From positions 333,312,001-333,376,000 of the forward strand of contig OZ024740.1 of NCBI GenBank assembly GCA_964016885.1: a stretch of DNA of 64,000 nucleotides, read 5' to 3'. A program made the translations under genes and the position numbers. The notes under the pieces were generated by a model that saw nothing but the letters and a program-made list of their open reading frames with translations, ran no database searches and had not been told where the DNA came from. Origin of the DNA: Eledone cirrhosa. Taxonomy: Eukaryota. Within the stretch, counting starts at the first letter, position 1. Each line of letters starts with the position of its first letter. Positions 62,790 through 64,000 of the stretch are shown piece by piece.

Positions 62790-63320
62790 AGCATATGGCA
62801 GCTAGAAAAGGATGGTAAGGGAGATGGGCTGGAAGAGCCATTCCAACTCACACGAGGCTCACACCTGCCGTTGGCCAGCTCAGCGCCTATGGTTGTGAGT
62901 AGCGAGGTAGCCCTAGGGCCGAGGACACCAGAAGTCTCCACTGCCAAGGGTACAACCGCAAACCTGTCGGAGAACGACCGGTATTTGGAGAGTTTGGCCT
63001 CCTCAGCCCGACTTGCAGGAAAACCTGGGCTAGTCGACGACTGCACCAGGTTGAGGCTGGAGAAAGTGTCGCTGCAAGTGGCAGCCGAGACAAGGAGTTT
63101 GCCCCGCGGAACGAGGTGATGGTCATGCAATCTGGCCTTTTGCCGTACGTTCGATCCATCCCCACCGGCTCGAGCTGAGAAGGGAGGCCTGCGGCGTCCA
63201 GACCATGCTTTGTGACCTCGTTGAGGGCAACATGGCGTGAAAGGCGGCCGGCACTCTGGCGACAGGAAAGCGGGTGGCAGCCTAGAGCGTCCACGGTGGA
63301 TCCACACGACATTGGTGTCG
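62790..63320 (-). pseudogene. CRE-clade-like non-LTR retrotransposon C-terminus (Zn knuckle + restriction-like endonuclease)
   Basis: CGSTVDALGCHPLSC, RHVALNE, KRPD, ATCSDT, AEEAKLSKY and PLAVETSGVLG across two frames. Confidence 0.8.
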
Positions 63321-63539
63321 CTCGCAGATCCGGAGGCCAAACCTCATGGAAACGCCGATTCGCAGGCTTTTGTTATCCAGCTACGTCCCAGTGGAGAACG
63401 CGGACAAGGCATGAAGCCACGCACCACAGTGGGGTTTGGAAGCCGCAAGAAAAAAGGCAAGGCGGACGCGAGATGATCAAAGTCAAAGTCGACATCAGCG
63501 GTATTTGAACTCAGAGCACAAAAACCAGGAATACATATG

Positions 63540-63665
<126 letters not shown>

Positions 63666-63720
63666 GAGAGAGAGAGAGAGAGAGAGGAGGAGAGAGAGAA
63701 TGTATATATATATATATATA

Positions 63721-63973
63721 TATAAGTTAAAACAATGAAATAAAAAATCAAGTCATTAGATATATACTTCACTGCTTTACGATCGTTTCTAGATGATGAT
63801 AATACATTGTATCTATACTCAGTTATTGATCTATGTAAGTTTACAAACTATCAGATAAAGAAAATATTTACTTACATGCATATCACCAGCTGTTTTTAAA
63901 AGCAATAACGATCGTAAAGCTGTGAAGTATATCTCTCATGACTTGATTTTTTTTTTCATTGTTTTAACTTATA
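63721..63973. repeat. ~67-bp imperfect inverted repeats next to (TA)n (PLE-type mini foldback)
   Basis: 63721-63787 is inverted relative to 63907-63973. The inner end carries the ACGATCGT palindrome preceded by GAA on the minus strand. Confidence 0.7.
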
Positions 63974-64000
63974 TCATGACTCTGTTTTCCTTTTAATGTT

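Overview
Repeat-saturated, AT-rich animal genomic DNA, most likely a coleoid cephalopod (Octopus-like; inferred from the SINE families and the extreme (TA)n/(CA)n/(ATT)n load). I cannot confidently identify a host gene, and most short ORFs in the track are microsatellite artefacts. Contents: three decayed Tx1/L1-clade LINEs; four R4/Dong-type RLE LINE copies sitting in (TAA)n, one nearly intact; several Penelope-like elements (PLEs) inserted in (TA)n as foldbacks with inverted terminal repeats; tRNA-type SINEs; a CRE-type RLE fragment; a mariner relic; and a hAT MITE. The most notable signal is non-coding. A ~472-bp tandem unit at 41534-43897, arranged as a palindrome, has a diverged 419-bp sister array at 55641-56507. 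Every complete monomer carries a minimal type I hammerhead ribozyme, with stem covariation between subfamilies, plus an ATGCAAAT octamer ~75-80 nt upstream. This is a candidate cephalopod retrozyme (circRNA-forming non-autonomous element), apparently mobilised by neighbouring PLE and possibly Dong machinery. Other hammerheads, including U3-A8 and U4C core variants, mark the PLE termini. All folds and alignments were done by eye.
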